A stretch of DNA of 64,000 nucleotides from Candidatus Eiseniibacteriota bacterium (GCA_044222065.1 JBGAOA010000001.1:61713-125712), one strand, 5' to 3'. Positions 28,463 through 39,884 are shown, counted from the stretch's first letter. Numbers and translations are program-made. Notes: generated by a model from the sequence alone, not told the origin.

Positions 28463-29746
28463 ATGGCGGTGGGAGGATGGATCCTCGCAGGCACACGGAC
28501 GCCGTTCGTGAAGGCCGGAGCCGCGTTCCGCAAGGTGCCCGTGTACGAGCTGGGCCGGCTCGCGCTCGCGGAGCTGTTCGCCCGCACGAACCTCGATCCC
28601 GCCCGCCTCGACCACGTGTCGCTCGGCAACTGCGCGATGCCGGCCGAGGCCGCGAACTCCGCCCGAATCACCGCACTGCTCGCGGGCGTGCCGCAGTCCG
28701 TGCCGGCCGCGACCGTGCACCGCAACTGCGCCTCGGGCATGGAATCGGTCGCGGACGGGCTCTATCGCATCGCGGCGGGCGACGCCTCGATCGTGGCCGT
28801 CGGCGGCATGGAATCCATGAGCCGCATCCCGCTCCTCTACTCGTTCGAGTACGGCGACTGGCTCGAGGGCCTGATGCGCGCGAAGACGCCGGCGCAGAAG
28901 CTCGGCCAGTTCGCGAAGTTCCGGCCCGCGCTGCTCGCGCCGCGCATCGCGATCGCCGAAGGCCTCACCGACCTCGTGTGCGGGCTCAACATGGGACAGA
29001 CGGCCGAGGTGCTCGCGCGCGAGTTCCGCATCCCGCGCGAGCGCCAGGACGAATTCGCGCTCCGGAGCCACCAGCGCGCGATCGCCTCGCGTGACAAGCT
29101 GCGCGAGGAGATCCTGCCCGTGTTTCCGCCGCCGTCGTACGAGGCCGTGCTCGACGACATCGGTCCGCGCGAGGGCCAGACGATCGAGGCGCTCGGGAAG
29201 CTCAAGCCGTACTTCGACCGCAAGAACGGCACGGTCACGGTCGGCAACGCCTGCCAGGTCACCGACGGCGCCGTCGCGCTGCTGATCGGCGGCGAGGCGG
29301 CCGCGGCCTCGTGGCCGACGCCGCCGCTCGCGCGCATCCGCGCGTTCGCGTTCGCGGGGCTCGACCCGTCGCGCATGGGCCTCGGGCCCGTGTTCGCGGC
29401 GAAGCTCGCGCTCGAGCGCGCCGGGCTCGCGCTGGCCGACATGGAGCTGTTCGAGATCAACGAGGCGTTCGCGGCCCAGGTGCTCGCGTGTGTCGACGCC
29501 GCGCGCTCCCCCGAGTTCGGGCGCCGCGAGCTCGGGCTGCCGGGGGCGCTCGGCGAGATCCCGCTCGACCGGCTCAACGTGAACGGCGGCGCGATCGCGC
29601 TCGGCCATCCCGTCGGCGCGAGCGGCGCCCGGCTGCTGCTCACGCTCGCGCACGAGCTGCGCCGCCAGAACCTCAAGCGCGGCCTCGCGGCGCTGTGCGT
29701 CGGCGGGGGACAGGGCGCGGCGTTCGTCGTGGAGCGCGAGTCGTGA
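28463..29746 (+). CDS. fadI: 3-ketoacyl-CoA thiolase
   Basis: RTPF, NCASG, NEAFA, GHPVGASG, LCVGGGQG. Confidence 0.93.
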   Translation: MAVGGWILAGTRTPFVKAGAAFRKVPVYELGRLALAELFARTNLDPARLDHVSLGNCAMPAEAANSARITALLAGVPQSVPAATVHRNCASGMESVADGLYRIAAGDASIVAVGGMESMSRIPLLYSFEYGDWLEGLMRAKTPAQKLGQFAKFRPALLAPRIAIAEGLTDLVCGLNMGQTAEVLAREFRIPRERQDEFALRSHQRAIASRDKLREEILPVFPPPSYEAVLDDIGPREGQTIEALGKLKPYFDRKNGTVTVGNACQVTDGAVALLIGGEAAAASWPTPPLARIRAFAFAGLDPSRMGLGPVFAAKLALERAGLALADMELFEINEAFAAQVLACVDAARSPEFGRRELGLPGALGEIPLDRLNVNGGAIALGHPVGASGARLLLTLAHELRRQNLKRGLAALCVGGGQGAAFVVERES

Positions 29747-31893
29747 GCGCGTTCCGGATCGAGCGCGGCGCACAGGGCGTCGTCCACCTCGTGATGGACG
29801 ATCCCGCCCGCAAGGTGAACGTGCTCGACGAGGGCGCGCTCGCGGGACTCGAACAGGCGCTCGCGGAACTCGGACGGCTCACCGACGTGACGGGCCTCGT
29901 GCTGCGGAGCGGCAAGTCCGGCTCGTTCATCGCCGGCGCCGACGTGCAGGTGATCGGCGCGATCACCGACCGCGAGCGGCTCGTCGAGATCGTGCGCCGC
30001 GCGCACGCCGCGTTCTCGAAACTCGCCTCGCTGCCGTACCCGACGGTCGCCGCGATCGACGGCGCGTGCCTCGGCGGCGGACTCGAGATCGCGCTCGCCT
30101 GCGACTCGCGCGTCGCGAGCGAGGAGAAGCGCACGCAGATCGGCCTGCCCGAGACGCTGCTCGGGCTGTTCCCGGCCTTCGGCGGCACGACGCGGCTGCC
30201 GCGGGTCGTGGGGCTCTCGGCGGCGCTCGACCTGATCCTGACGGGGCGCGCGCTCGACGCGAAGCGCGCCGAGAAGCTCGGCCTCGTCGCGCGCGCGGTT
30301 CCGGCGGCGTGGCTCGTCGAGGCGGCGGAGCGCCGCGTCGGCGAACTGCGCCAGCGCCCCGCCGCCTCGCGCCGCGACCGCTATCGCGCGAAGGGCTTCG
30401 TGCCGTGGTTCCTCGACGAGACCGCGCCCGGGCGCGCGCTCGCGATCGGGCAGGCGAACAAGCTGACGATGGCGCGCACCGGCGGCCGCTACCCGGCGCC
30501 GATCGCGGCGCTGAGCGTGCTGCGCCACGGCATCGCGGGCAGCGTCGAGGAATCGCTGAAGCTCGAGGCGAACTGGGTCGGCGACCTCGTCGTGGGCCCC
30601 GTGTGCAAGAACCTCGTGCGCATCTTCCTGCTCTCGGAGCGCGCGAAGAAGGACGCCGTCGTCGCCGACGCGTCGCTCGAGCCCGCGCCCGTGCGCGCGC
30701 TCGCGCTCGCGGGCGCGGGCGTGATGGGCGCGGGCATCGCGGAGCTCGCGTCGCGCAACGGGATCGTGGTGCGGCTGCGCGACGTGCAGCCCGCCGCCGT
30801 GACGCGCGGACTCCAGACGATCCGGGGCATCGTGGACGAGCGCTCGAAGAAGCGCCGCGGCGCGGGCCGCGAGCGCGACGCTCAGATGGCGCGCCTGCTG
30901 CCCGCGCTCGACCTGGACGGCGCCGGCCGCGCGGACGCGGCGATCGAGGCCGTCGTCGAAGACCTCGACGTGAAGCGCCGCGTGTTCGCCGAACTCGAGG
31001 TGCGGCTGCGGCCGGATGCGCTGCTCGCGACGAACACGTCGTCGCTGTCGGTGGACGAGATCGCGCAGGGGCTCGCGCATCCCGAGCGCTTCTGCGGCTT
31101 CCACTTCTTCAATCCCGTGCACCGCATGCCGCTCGTCGAGGTCGTGCGCGGCGAGAAGACGTCGGACCGCGCGCTCGTCACGGCGGTCGCGCTGGCGCGC
31201 CGGCTCGGCAAGACGCCCGTCGTCGTGAAGGACTCGGCCGGCTTCGTCGTGAACCGCATCCTCATGCCCTACATGCGAGAGGGCCTGCACCTGCTCGAAG
31301 AGGGCTACGCGCTCGTCGAGATCGATCGCGCGATGCGCGACTTCGGCATGCCGATGGGGCCGTTCGAGGTGGTGGACGAGGTCGGCATCGACGTCGCGAA
31401 CAAGGTCGCGGGCGTGCTGTCGAAGGCGTTCCCGGGGCGCATGTCGCCGTCTCCGGTGCTCGAGCGCATGGTCGCGGCGGGGCGGCTCGGCAAGAAGAAC
31501 GGCCGCGGCTTCTACCTGCATCGCGGCAAGAAGCGCGAAGCCGATCCTCAGCTGCGCGGAGTCCTCGGGCTCGAGCGCGAGCGGCGCAGCACGCGGATCG
31601 ACCTGCTCGCCGAGCGCATGGTGCTCGCGATGCTGAACGAGAGCGCCCGCTGCCTCGAGGAAGGCGTCGTGTCCGACGCCGGCATGCTCGACCTCGCGAT
31701 GATCTTCGGCACCGGCTTCCCGCCGTTCCGCGGCGGCCCGCTGCGACACGCCGACACGCTCGGACTCCCGCACGTCGTCTCGCGCCTCAAGGCGCTCGCG
31801 GCCGAGCGCGGGGAGCGGTTCACGCCGTCCGCGCTGCTCGCGAAACTCGCCGCCGAAGGCGGCACGTTCACGCAGCCGGTCGTTTCCGGCTAG
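29743..31893 (+). CDS. fadJ: Fatty acid oxidation complex alpha subunit (enoyl-CoA hydratase/3-hydroxyacyl-CoA dehydrogenase)
   Basis: GTGA overlap; FIAGADV, CLGGGLEIALAC, GLPETLLG, GAGVMGAGIA, TNTSSL, HFFNP, GFPPFRGG. Confidence 0.93.
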   Translation: MSAFRIERGAQGVVHLVMDDPARKVNVLDEGALAGLEQALAELGRLTDVTGLVLRSGKSGSFIAGADVQVIGAITDRERLVEIVRRAHAAFSKLASLPYPTVAAIDGACLGGGLEIALACDSRVASEEKRTQIGLPETLLGLFPAFGGTTRLPRVVGLSAALDLILTGRALDAKRAEKLGLVARAVPAAWLVEAAERRVGELRQRPAASRRDRYRAKGFVPWFLDETAPGRALAIGQANKLTMARTGGRYPAPIAALSVLRHGIAGSVEESLKLEANWVGDLVVGPVCKNLVRIFLLSERAKKDAVVADASLEPAPVRALALAGAGVMGAGIAELASRNGIVVRLRDVQPAAVTRGLQTIRGIVDERSKKRRGAGRERDAQMARLLPALDLDGAGRADAAIEAVVEDLDVKRRVFAELEVRLRPDALLATNTSSLSVDEIAQGLAHPERFCGFHFFNPVHRMPLVEVVRGEKTSDRALVTAVALARRLGKTPVVVKDSAGFVVNRILMPYMREGLHLLEEGYALVEIDRAMRDFGMPMGPFEVVDEVGIDVANKVAGVLSKAFPGRMSPSPVLERMVAAGRLGKKNGRGFYLHRGKKREADPQLRGVLGLERERRSTRIDLLAERMVLAMLNESARCLEEGVVSDAGMLDLAMIFGTGFPPFRGGPLRHADTLGLPHVVSRLKALAAERGERFTPSALLAKLAAEGGTFTQPVVSG

Positions 31894-31927
31894 CCGGAGC
31901 GTCGCCGGCGGGAGTAGTCTTTCCGCC

Positions 31928-33460
31928 GTGGTTCCGCGTCCCTCGAATCCGCGCCACCGCACCGGTCCTTCGCCGGTCGGCCGGCTCCTCGCGATCCTCG
32001 CGCTCGCGCTCCTGACGGTTCCGTTCGCGCACGCGCCGGCGTCCGCGGCGTGGCAGACGTTCCACGTCGACAGCACGAACCTCACGCTTCCCGCTCCCTG
32101 CCTCGCGCTCGAACCGCTCACGGGCATCGCGCACGTCGGCTATCGCGACAACACGTCGCTGCTCCACGCGTGGGGATCGCCCGGGAGCTGGAGCATCGAG
32201 ACGATCACGACGGACGGCTCGAGTCTCGACTGGGTGATCGACGGTGCGGGAGTGCCGGCCGCGGCGTACGTGAAATCGGGCGGCGTGATCGCGCTCGCGC
32301 GTCCCGGCGCGGGCGGCTGGAGCGAGGACACCGTCGCGGTGCTGCCGGGCTGGGTCCTCTCGTCCGCGCTTGCGCTCGCGCCGGGAACGGAGGAGCCCGT
32401 CGTCGCGTGGATGGGGCAGGTGCCTGCCACGTCACCCGTCCGCATGGACGTGATGATCGCCCGACGCGTCGCGGGAACGTGGACGTTCGCGACCGTGGAC
32501 TCGTTCACGAACGGAATCCGCATGCCGCCCGCCCTCGAGATCGCTCCCGACGGTACGCCACGGCTCTCCTATCTCGCGGGCGTTGCGTCCACGACCGAGC
32601 TTCGGTACGCCTCGGCCGCGGGTCCGCTCGGACCGTTCGCGTACGAGACGATCGACCCGCTCGGATTCACTCGCGTCGCGATGGCGCTGGATCCCGCGAG
32701 CGCCGAGCCACGCGTCGCCTACTTCAGCTGGGACGACACGCTCGCGACGTTTCTCGTGCGCTACGGCTGGCGCGAGGGCGGCGCCTGGCAGCGGCTGAAC
32801 GCGGGCGACACGGGCGGCGGCCTGCTGGGCTACCCGGTCTCGCTCGCGCTGGACGCCTTCGGGAGTCCGGCGATCGCGTTCGCGCGCCTGGACCCGATCC
32901 TCGAGCAGCCGAAGCGCGGCGACGCGCCGGCTTCGGTGCTTGCCTGCGCGGGTTCCGTCGAATCGGCGACGACCGTGATCGCGCGGCGTGCGGAGGCGAC
33001 GGGATTCGCTCCGTTCCCGCCCGAATACACCCCCGGCTACAACCAGATCCCGAGCCGGCGTTCGCTCGCGCGCCTGCCGTTCGGCCCGCTGCGCCTGGTC
33101 GCGAGCAGCCCGCCGCAGAACGGCTGCACGTATCAGGTCTCCTACCTCGCGGAGACCGGCACGCTCGGCGTGAGCGATTCCGCCGAACCGCCGCTGACGC
33201 TCGCCGCGCCGTCGCCCAATCCGTGGCGGCCCGGATCTCCGCTCGCGCTCGAACTCGCACTCGCGACCGCCGGAACCGTGCGCGTCGAACTCGTGGACGT
33301 CGCGGGCCGCGTGCTCGCGCGGGCCGAGTTCGGTCGCCGGGGGGCGGGCGCGCATCGCCTGAGTTGGGATCCGGGCGAACTGCCGCCCGGCTGCTACTGG
33401 ATCCGCGCGCACGCGGACGACCGCAGCGTGCGCACGCGGGCGCTGGTCGTCCTGCGCTAG
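31928..33460 (+). CDS. Secreted beta-propeller-like protein with C-terminal FlgD-Ig/T9SS-type domain
   Basis: Signal peptide; repeated W-x-x-E-T-I / LALD-x-x-G-x-P-x-V-A-Y blades; C-terminus PSPNPW...VDVAGR...LPPGCYWIR...LVVLR. Confidence 0.8.
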   Translation: MVPRPSNPRHRTGPSPVGRLLAILALALLTVPFAHAPASAAWQTFHVDSTNLTLPAPCLALEPLTGIAHVGYRDNTSLLHAWGSPGSWSIETITTDGSSLDWVIDGAGVPAAAYVKSGGVIALARPGAGGWSEDTVAVLPGWVLSSALALAPGTEEPVVAWMGQVPATSPVRMDVMIARRVAGTWTFATVDSFTNGIRMPPALEIAPDGTPRLSYLAGVASTTELRYASAAGPLGPFAYETIDPLGFTRVAMALDPASAEPRVAYFSWDDTLATFLVRYGWREGGAWQRLNAGDTGGGLLGYPVSLALDAFGSPAIAFARLDPILEQPKRGDAPASVLACAGSVESATTVIARRAEATGFAPFPPEYTPGYNQIPSRRSLARLPFGPLRLVASSPPQNGCTYQVSYLAETGTLGVSDSAEPPLTLAAPSPNPWRPGSPLALELALATAGTVRVELVDVAGRVLARAEFGRRGAGAHRLSWDPGELPPGCYWIRAHADDRSVRTRALVVLR

Positions 33461-33574
33461 CGGTTCCGGGCGGCTCTCCTCGCTGTCACGGCGGCGACAA
33501 ATCACCGCGCCGCGCCGTCGCGTCCGCCTCCGGGGCCAACCTTTCGGACGGCGCTCCTGTCGAAGCTGCACACG

Positions 33575-33988
33575 ATGCACGCGACGCCGAACGACGGGAG
33601 GCCCGACGTGAACGCACGACTGAATCCGATCGCCCGCACCGCGATCCTCACCGCCGCGGCGCTCGCGCTCGCGATCTCGACGGCGGCCGAGCTGTCGTCC
33701 GACGCGCGGAGCTGGTGGCGCACGGTCGAGCGCGAGCCGCTGCCGGGCGCGGCGCGCTCGACGGCGCTCGTGCTCGCGAACGCGACGGCGGTCCGCCTGA
33801 GCGAGTACCTGGCGTGGGGCCGGTTCGGCGCGGCGCGCAACGTGGAAGCGCCGGTGCTCGTGATCGGCGTCGATGCGAAGGCGCCGCTCGCACCGATGCG
33901 CGTGCTGCGCAAGGTCGAGTGCGCGGGCTGCGGGATCGCGCCGGCGATCGAGGTGCGGCGAAGGACGATTTCGACGAACGCTTCGTGA
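33575..33988 (+). CDS. Hypothetical protein with N-terminal hydrophobic segment
   Basis: ORF track; TAILTAAALALAIS hydrophobic stretch; weak upstream CAACC-N16-TGTC element. No family recognised. Confidence 0.4.
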   Translation: MHATPNDGRPDVNARLNPIARTAILTAAALALAISTAAELSSDARSWWRTVEREPLPGAARSTALVLANATAVRLSEYLAWGRFGAARNVEAPVLVIGVDAKAPLAPMRVLRKVECAGCGIAPAIEVRRRTISTNAS

Positions 33989-34274
33989 CGGGGCGTTGAC
34001 CGGGCGAGAGGACCGAGCTCGACCGGTGGATGCGGGGCGCGGGAGCGACCGGACTGAGCGGCGGCCAACCGGATCGCGAACGCGCCTCGCTATTTTTTCG
34101 TCGCGCCGCGTGCCGGGCTCGTGACGAGCGCTCGCGCGAGCGGGGCCTGGCTCGGAGCGGTCCCGCCCGGCGGCCCCCGGACACTCGATCGAGCGCCCTG
34201 CGGGGCTCCGCCCGGCCCCGTCGCCGCCGTGGCGGCCGCTCGCGGGGCGCGTGTCCCCCGCTCCTTCGGGGCCC

Positions 34275-34309
34275 AAAACAAAAGGCCCGATCTCTCGGAC
34301 CGGGTCCTT
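34275..34309 (-). terminator. Intrinsic terminator of the candidate sRNA
   Basis: Minus strand AAGGACCCGGTCC-GAGA-GATCGGGCC-TTTTGTTTT. Confidence 0.75.
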
Positions 34310-34411
34310 CTGCTGGGTACCGGAGCCTTGCCCTACTCCGATCGCCCCGTCTCTGGAAGACCTCGACTGGTTTGGAGGTCGCATCGCCACGCGTTCGCAT
34401 TCACGTGACGC
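34275..34411 (-). ncRNA. Candidate ECF-sigma-dependent small RNA (~135 nt)
   Basis: Bounded by an ECF-like promoter and a U-tailed terminator; three internal hairpins; no convincing ORF or RBS. Confidence 0.55.
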
Positions 34412-34416
34412 CTACA

Positions 34417-34445
34417 TAGACGACGTGAGGGGGCGGAAAGTTGCA
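34417..34445 (-). promoter_or_regulatory. ECF-sigma-type promoter
   Basis: Minus strand TGCAAC-N17-CGTCTA (AAC in -35, CGT in -10). Confidence 0.6.
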
Positions 34446-34494
34446 AGACCGCGGTCAAGAGCGGCGGAGCGCCGCCGGGCGCGGCGAGAGGGGA

Positions 34495-34527
34495 AACGAA
34501 CGAGGCGCCGGTCGCCCGGCGCCTCGT
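34495..34527 (-). terminator. Terminator after ftsH
   Basis: 12-bp stem ACGAGGCGCCGG-TCGC-CCGGCGCCTCGT with TCGTTT downstream on the minus strand. Confidence 0.7.
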
Positions 34528-34549
34528 GATCACAAAGGACCGCTCTTCG

Positions 34550-36584
<2,035 letters not shown>

Positions 36585-36587
36585 GAA

Positions 36588-37145
36588 TCACGCCTCCTCG
36601 AGGACGCCCACGAAGGGCAGATTGCGGTAGCGCTCGGCCGCGTCCATGCCGTAGCCCACCACGAACTCGGAGCCGATCTTCCACCCGGCGTAGTCCACCG
36701 GCACGGGGATTTTTCGGCACGGAACCTTGTCGAGCAACGTCGCCACTTTGATGCTCGAAGCCCCCCGGGAAGCGAGGAGATCGAGGATGAACTTCACGCT
36801 GCGGCCCGAATCCACCACGCCCTCGCACAACACCACGTGCCGCCCGCGGATGTCGGTGCGCAGGTCCATGATCAGCTGCACGTTGCCGCTGGACGTCGTC
36901 CCGGCCCCGTAGGAGGCGACCGCGAGGAAGTCCATCTCGATGTCGAGCGGCGTCGCGCGGGCGAGGTCGCACTGGAACATGCACGCGCCCTTGAGCACTC
37001 CGACGTACAGCGGCCGAGATCCGGTGTGGGCGAGGTCGCGCGCCAGCTCGAGCCCCATTTCGCGCACGCGCGTGGCGATCTGGGCGGCGTCGAACAACAT
37101 GCGGATGGACGGTTCCGTCTGAACGGCGGGCGGCATTTCAGTCAT
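36588..37145 (-). CDS. hpt: Hypoxanthine phosphoribosyltransferase
   Basis: [22 protein letters not shown] loop [26 protein letters not shown]...YRNLP; lies between tilS and ftsH. Confidence 0.93.
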   Translation of the reverse strand: MTEMPPAVQTEPSIRMLFDAAQIATRVREMGLELARDLAHTGSRPLYVGVLKGACMFQCDLARATPLDIEMDFLAVASYGAGTTSSGNVQLIMDLRTDIRGRHVVLCEGVVDSGRSVKFILDLLASRGASSIKVATLLDKVPCRKIPVPVDYAGWKIGSEFVVGYGMDAAERYRNLPFVGVLEEA

Positions 37146-38193
37146 GCGAGCGTCCCATCGGGCGCCGCGAGGCGGCGCGGTGGAAGTGAACCGTGTCGCG
37201 GCGTCGCTCCGCCCGAATGCCGTCCGGAAGGAGCACGAACGATCCGCTCCTGCCGTCGGCGACGAGCCGGCACAGAGCGTCCAGATGCTGGTGGGTGAGG
37301 CCCGGCCCGGGGCCCGCGAGGCGGCGCCACGCGGCACGCAGCGCGATGCGCCGGGCTGCGACAGGGTAAGAACCGATGCGCCGCGAATCAAGCGCCATTC
37401 CCCGCGATTCGACGCGCGCCGATTCGCGCAGCAGGCGGCGCGTCCCGCGCGCGAGCGCGCGCTCGGCCTCGAGCGCCTCGCGCGCCGTGCGCGCCACGCG
37501 GCGTGCGAATCCGGCGCGCGCGCGCTCGGGATCGGCGGCGGGATCGAACGCCCGGAGCAGCGCCGGGATCGCATCGAGCCGGAGCCGGTTGCGCGCGTAG
37601 TCGCGGCTCGCGTTCGAGACGTCCTCGCGCCACGCGACGCCCGCGGCGCGCAGGTCGGCGATCACGTCCGCGCGCGTCGCGTCGAGCAGCGGCTTGAGCC
37701 ACGCGCCACGCCGCGGCCGCATGCCGGCGAGTCCCGGCAGTCCCGCGCCGCGCAGCAGTCGCAGCAGCACGGTCTCGAGCTGGTCGTCCGCCGTGTGCGC
37801 CGTGGCGATCGCGTCCGCGCCGGCGCGACGGCGCGCGCGGGCGAGGAATTCGCGCCGGAGCACGCGGTAGCCCTCCTGGCCCGCGAGGCCGCGGCGGCGC
37901 ATGCGCGCGCGTACGTCCCAGCGCGCGGCGACGAGCGGCAGCCCGAGCCCCTCGCAGCGCGCGCGCACCGACTCGAGGTCGGCGTCCGCGTCGGCGCCGC
38001 GCAGCCCGTGGTGCAGGTGGGCGACCGCGAGCGACAGCCCGAACTCGGGCGCGATGCGGTGGAGCGCGAGCAGCAGCGCCGTCGAGTCCGCGCCGCCGCT
38101 CGCCGCGACGAGCATTCGCGAGCCCTTAGGAAGGGCGCACTCGCCCCGGAGCGCTTTGCGGAGGACCGGCTCGAGCCGGCGGAGTCGTCGCAA
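37138..38193 (-). CDS. tilS: tRNA(Ile)-lysidine synthetase
   Basis: PP-loop SGGADS, HLHHGLR, TAHTADDQLET, KPLL, DVSN...RNRLR; short form lacking the distal C-terminal domain. Confidence 0.93.
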   Translation of the reverse strand: MRRLRRLEPVLRKALRGECALPKGSRMLVAASGGADSTALLLALHRIAPEFGLSLAVAHLHHGLRGADADADLESVRARCEGLGLPLVAARWDVRARMRRRGLAGQEGYRVLRREFLARARRRAGADAIATAHTADDQLETVLLRLLRGAGLPGLAGMRPRRGAWLKPLLDATRADVIADLRAAGVAWREDVSNASRDYARNRLRLDAIPALLRAFDPAADPERARAGFARRVARTAREALEAERALARGTRRLLRESARVESRGMALDSRRIGSYPVAARRIALRAAWRRLAGPGPGLTHQHLDALCRLVADGRSGSFVLLPDGIRAERRRDTVHFHRAASRRPMGRSHD

Positions 38194-38207
38194 GGAGGGC
38201 GAAGAAG

Positions 38208-38283
38208 TGGTGGCGGCGGAGGGACTTGAACCCCCGACACAGGGATTATGATTCCCCTGCTCTACCAGCTGAGCTACACCGCC
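38208..38283 (-). tRNA. tRNA with CAU anticodon, most likely elongator tRNA-Met
   Basis: GGCGGTG TA GCTC AGCTGGTA GAGC A GGGGA ATCATAA TCCCT GTGTC GGGGG TTCAAGT CCCTC CGCCGCC ACCA; 76 nt, encoded CCA, G1-C72 paired. Confidence 0.95.
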
Positions 38284-38312
38284 ACGAGGCCAGCCGCTGA
38301 AACGGGCGGATC

Positions 38313-38342
38313 AAGCTACGGGCGGCGGGGGGGCCAAGTCAA
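38313..38342 (-). promoter_or_regulatory. sigma70-type promoter for tRNA-tilS-hpt-ftsH
   Basis: Minus strand TTGACT-N18-TAGCTT, 30 nt upstream of the tRNA. Confidence 0.6.
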
Positions 38343-38392
38343 ACGTCACTCGAGAGCGGTTTCGTCCGCACGGATCGCGGTCGGAACCCCCG

Positions 38393-39853
38393 TCAGCCGC
38401 GCGGCGCCTCGCGCTCCATCCAGCGCCACACCGCGCGCATCGCGAGCAGGTCGTCCTCGTTGTACTCGGCGATCTCGTGGAGCAGGCGGTCGCGCTCGGC
38501 GCCGTCGGCGGCGAGCGCCCGGCGGTACTGGACGATGGACCATTGCGAGCCGGCCTCGGGGTTGCGCCACTCGAACCCGGCGAAGCGCGCCACCTTCTTG
38601 ATCGAGAGCGAACGCAGCGGCAGGCGCACGCACGGCACGATGCCCTCGGCGTGCAGGTCCCACATCGCGCGATCGAGCCGCTCGATGAGCCCGTCCGGGG
38701 CGCCAAAGACGTCGGCGTACTTCCGCACCCACGTGCGCTCGTACGGCGTGTAGTGCACCCACACGCAGCGCGGGTGCGCATCGAGGATCGCGGCCGCGCG
38801 CGCGACGAACTCGCGCCACGCGGCTTCCTCGCCGTCCGCGCCGCCGCGCGCGAAGATCGCCTCGAACGGCGCCGCGCCGTCGCGTTCGATCGCGAGGCCC
38901 CACAGGTACACCGACGAGCCCGCAGCACCCGCCTCGGGCTCGGCCTCGAGGTCGAACCACACGAGCGGCCGGCCCGCGGGCAGCCGCGCCGGTGCGATCC
39001 ACTCCGCGCGGCCGCCCGCGAACGCGCGCGCCTCGCGCACCATCGAGGCCGCGAGCTTGCCCGCGCCCTTGATCGTGAGCCGCTCGGGGTCGGCGGCGGC
39101 GAGCTTCGCGATTGTGGTGAGCCCGAGCGACTCGAGCGCCGGCACGAAGCGCCGCTGCACCGACGGCAGCACGCGCGGATCGCCCGCGCGCTCGGCCGCA
39201 TCCCAGCAGTGCCCGTAGAACGCGCACTCCTCGCACGTCGAGTGCGCGAGCAGCACGTCGGGCTCGCGCTCGGAGCGCAGCACGGACTCGGCACGGCGGA
39301 TCCAGTCGTCGAGTTCGCGGTCGGCGATCGCCGCGACCTCTCGCAGGTCACCGCGGCCGTCCACGATCTCGAGCCGCGCCGCGGTGATCCCGGCCGACTC
39401 TTCGAGCAGCCGGGCGTAGAACGACAGCTGGATCGCGATCTCGGGATGCGCGCGCAGGTTGTGGGCGGTCTTCGCGTCGAGGATCACGAGGTCCTCGCCG
39501 TCCCAGTAGAGGAAGTCGGGCACGCCGACGCGCGACCCGTCCTTGGAAATCACGACCGCCTGGTAGAGCGGCGCGCGCGATTCCGTGAGCCGCCGCACGG
39601 TTTCGCGCGCGGCCTCGTCGAACGACACGTCCTTGCGAAGGATCGGACCGACGAGGTTCGTGAAGCGCTCGCGCACCGCCGCCTCGTGATCGCGGCCGCG
39701 CTGGAAGCGCTCGCGGTCGAACTCGCTCGGGGGCGAGGCGAACTGCGGCGCGTGCCGATCGAGCCACAGCTGGCGCTCGCACTTGTGCAGGCGGCGCAGC
39801 GAGTCCGGGCTCGTGCGACCGGCGAAGCGGCGTTCGCGCGGGGTCTCGCTCAC
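38393..39853 (-). CDS. TM0106-family RecB-like nuclease (Cas4-like nuclease + HhH + RNase_H_2)
   Basis: CERQLWL; GVPDFL...ILDAK...IQLSFY; CEECAFYGHC; LGLTTIAKLA; WFDLE, YLWG, SLSIKKVA, YNEDDL. Confidence 0.88.
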   Translation of the reverse strand: MSETPRERRFAGRTSPDSLRRLHKCERQLWLDRHAPQFASPPSEFDRERFQRGRDHEAAVRERFTNLVGPILRKDVSFDEAARETVRRLTESRAPLYQAVVISKDGSRVGVPDFLYWDGEDLVILDAKTAHNLRAHPEIAIQLSFYARLLEESAGITAARLEIVDGRGDLREVAAIADRELDDWIRRAESVLRSEREPDVLLAHSTCEECAFYGHCWDAAERAGDPRVLPSVQRRFVPALESLGLTTIAKLAAADPERLTIKGAGKLAASMVREARAFAGGRAEWIAPARLPAGRPLVWFDLEAEPEAGAAGSSVYLWGLAIERDGAAPFEAIFARGGADGEEAAWREFVARAAAILDAHPRCVWVHYTPYERTWVRKYADVFGAPDGLIERLDRAMWDLHAEGIVPCVRLPLRSLSIKKVARFAGFEWRNPEAGSQWSIVQYRRALAADGAERDRLLHEIAEYNEDDLLAMRAVWRWMEREAPRG

Positions 39854-39884
39854 GCGTCCGCCACTCGTGCGGACGCCCGCTCGC

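Noticed and set aside
120..32127. Many long Arg/Ala-rich ORFs in the track (e.g. 120..1466, 9564..12131, 15620..18727, 28837..32127)
   Set aside because: Antisense or off-frame shadows of recognised genes; stop codons are scarce in high-GC DNA.
34275..34411. c-di-GMP or c-di-AMP riboswitch
   Set aside because: I could not match the consensus elements, and no credible downstream gene on that strand exists to regulate; kept as an sRNA candidate.
38208..38283. tRNA as an integration site for a mobile element
   Set aside because: tilS follows 14 bp after the 3' end; no duplicated tRNA 3' fragment or integrase was seen.
38393..39853. Cas4-like motifs suggesting a CRISPR-Cas locus
   Set aside because: The architecture fits stand-alone TM0106 nucleases; no cas1/cas2 or array in the window.
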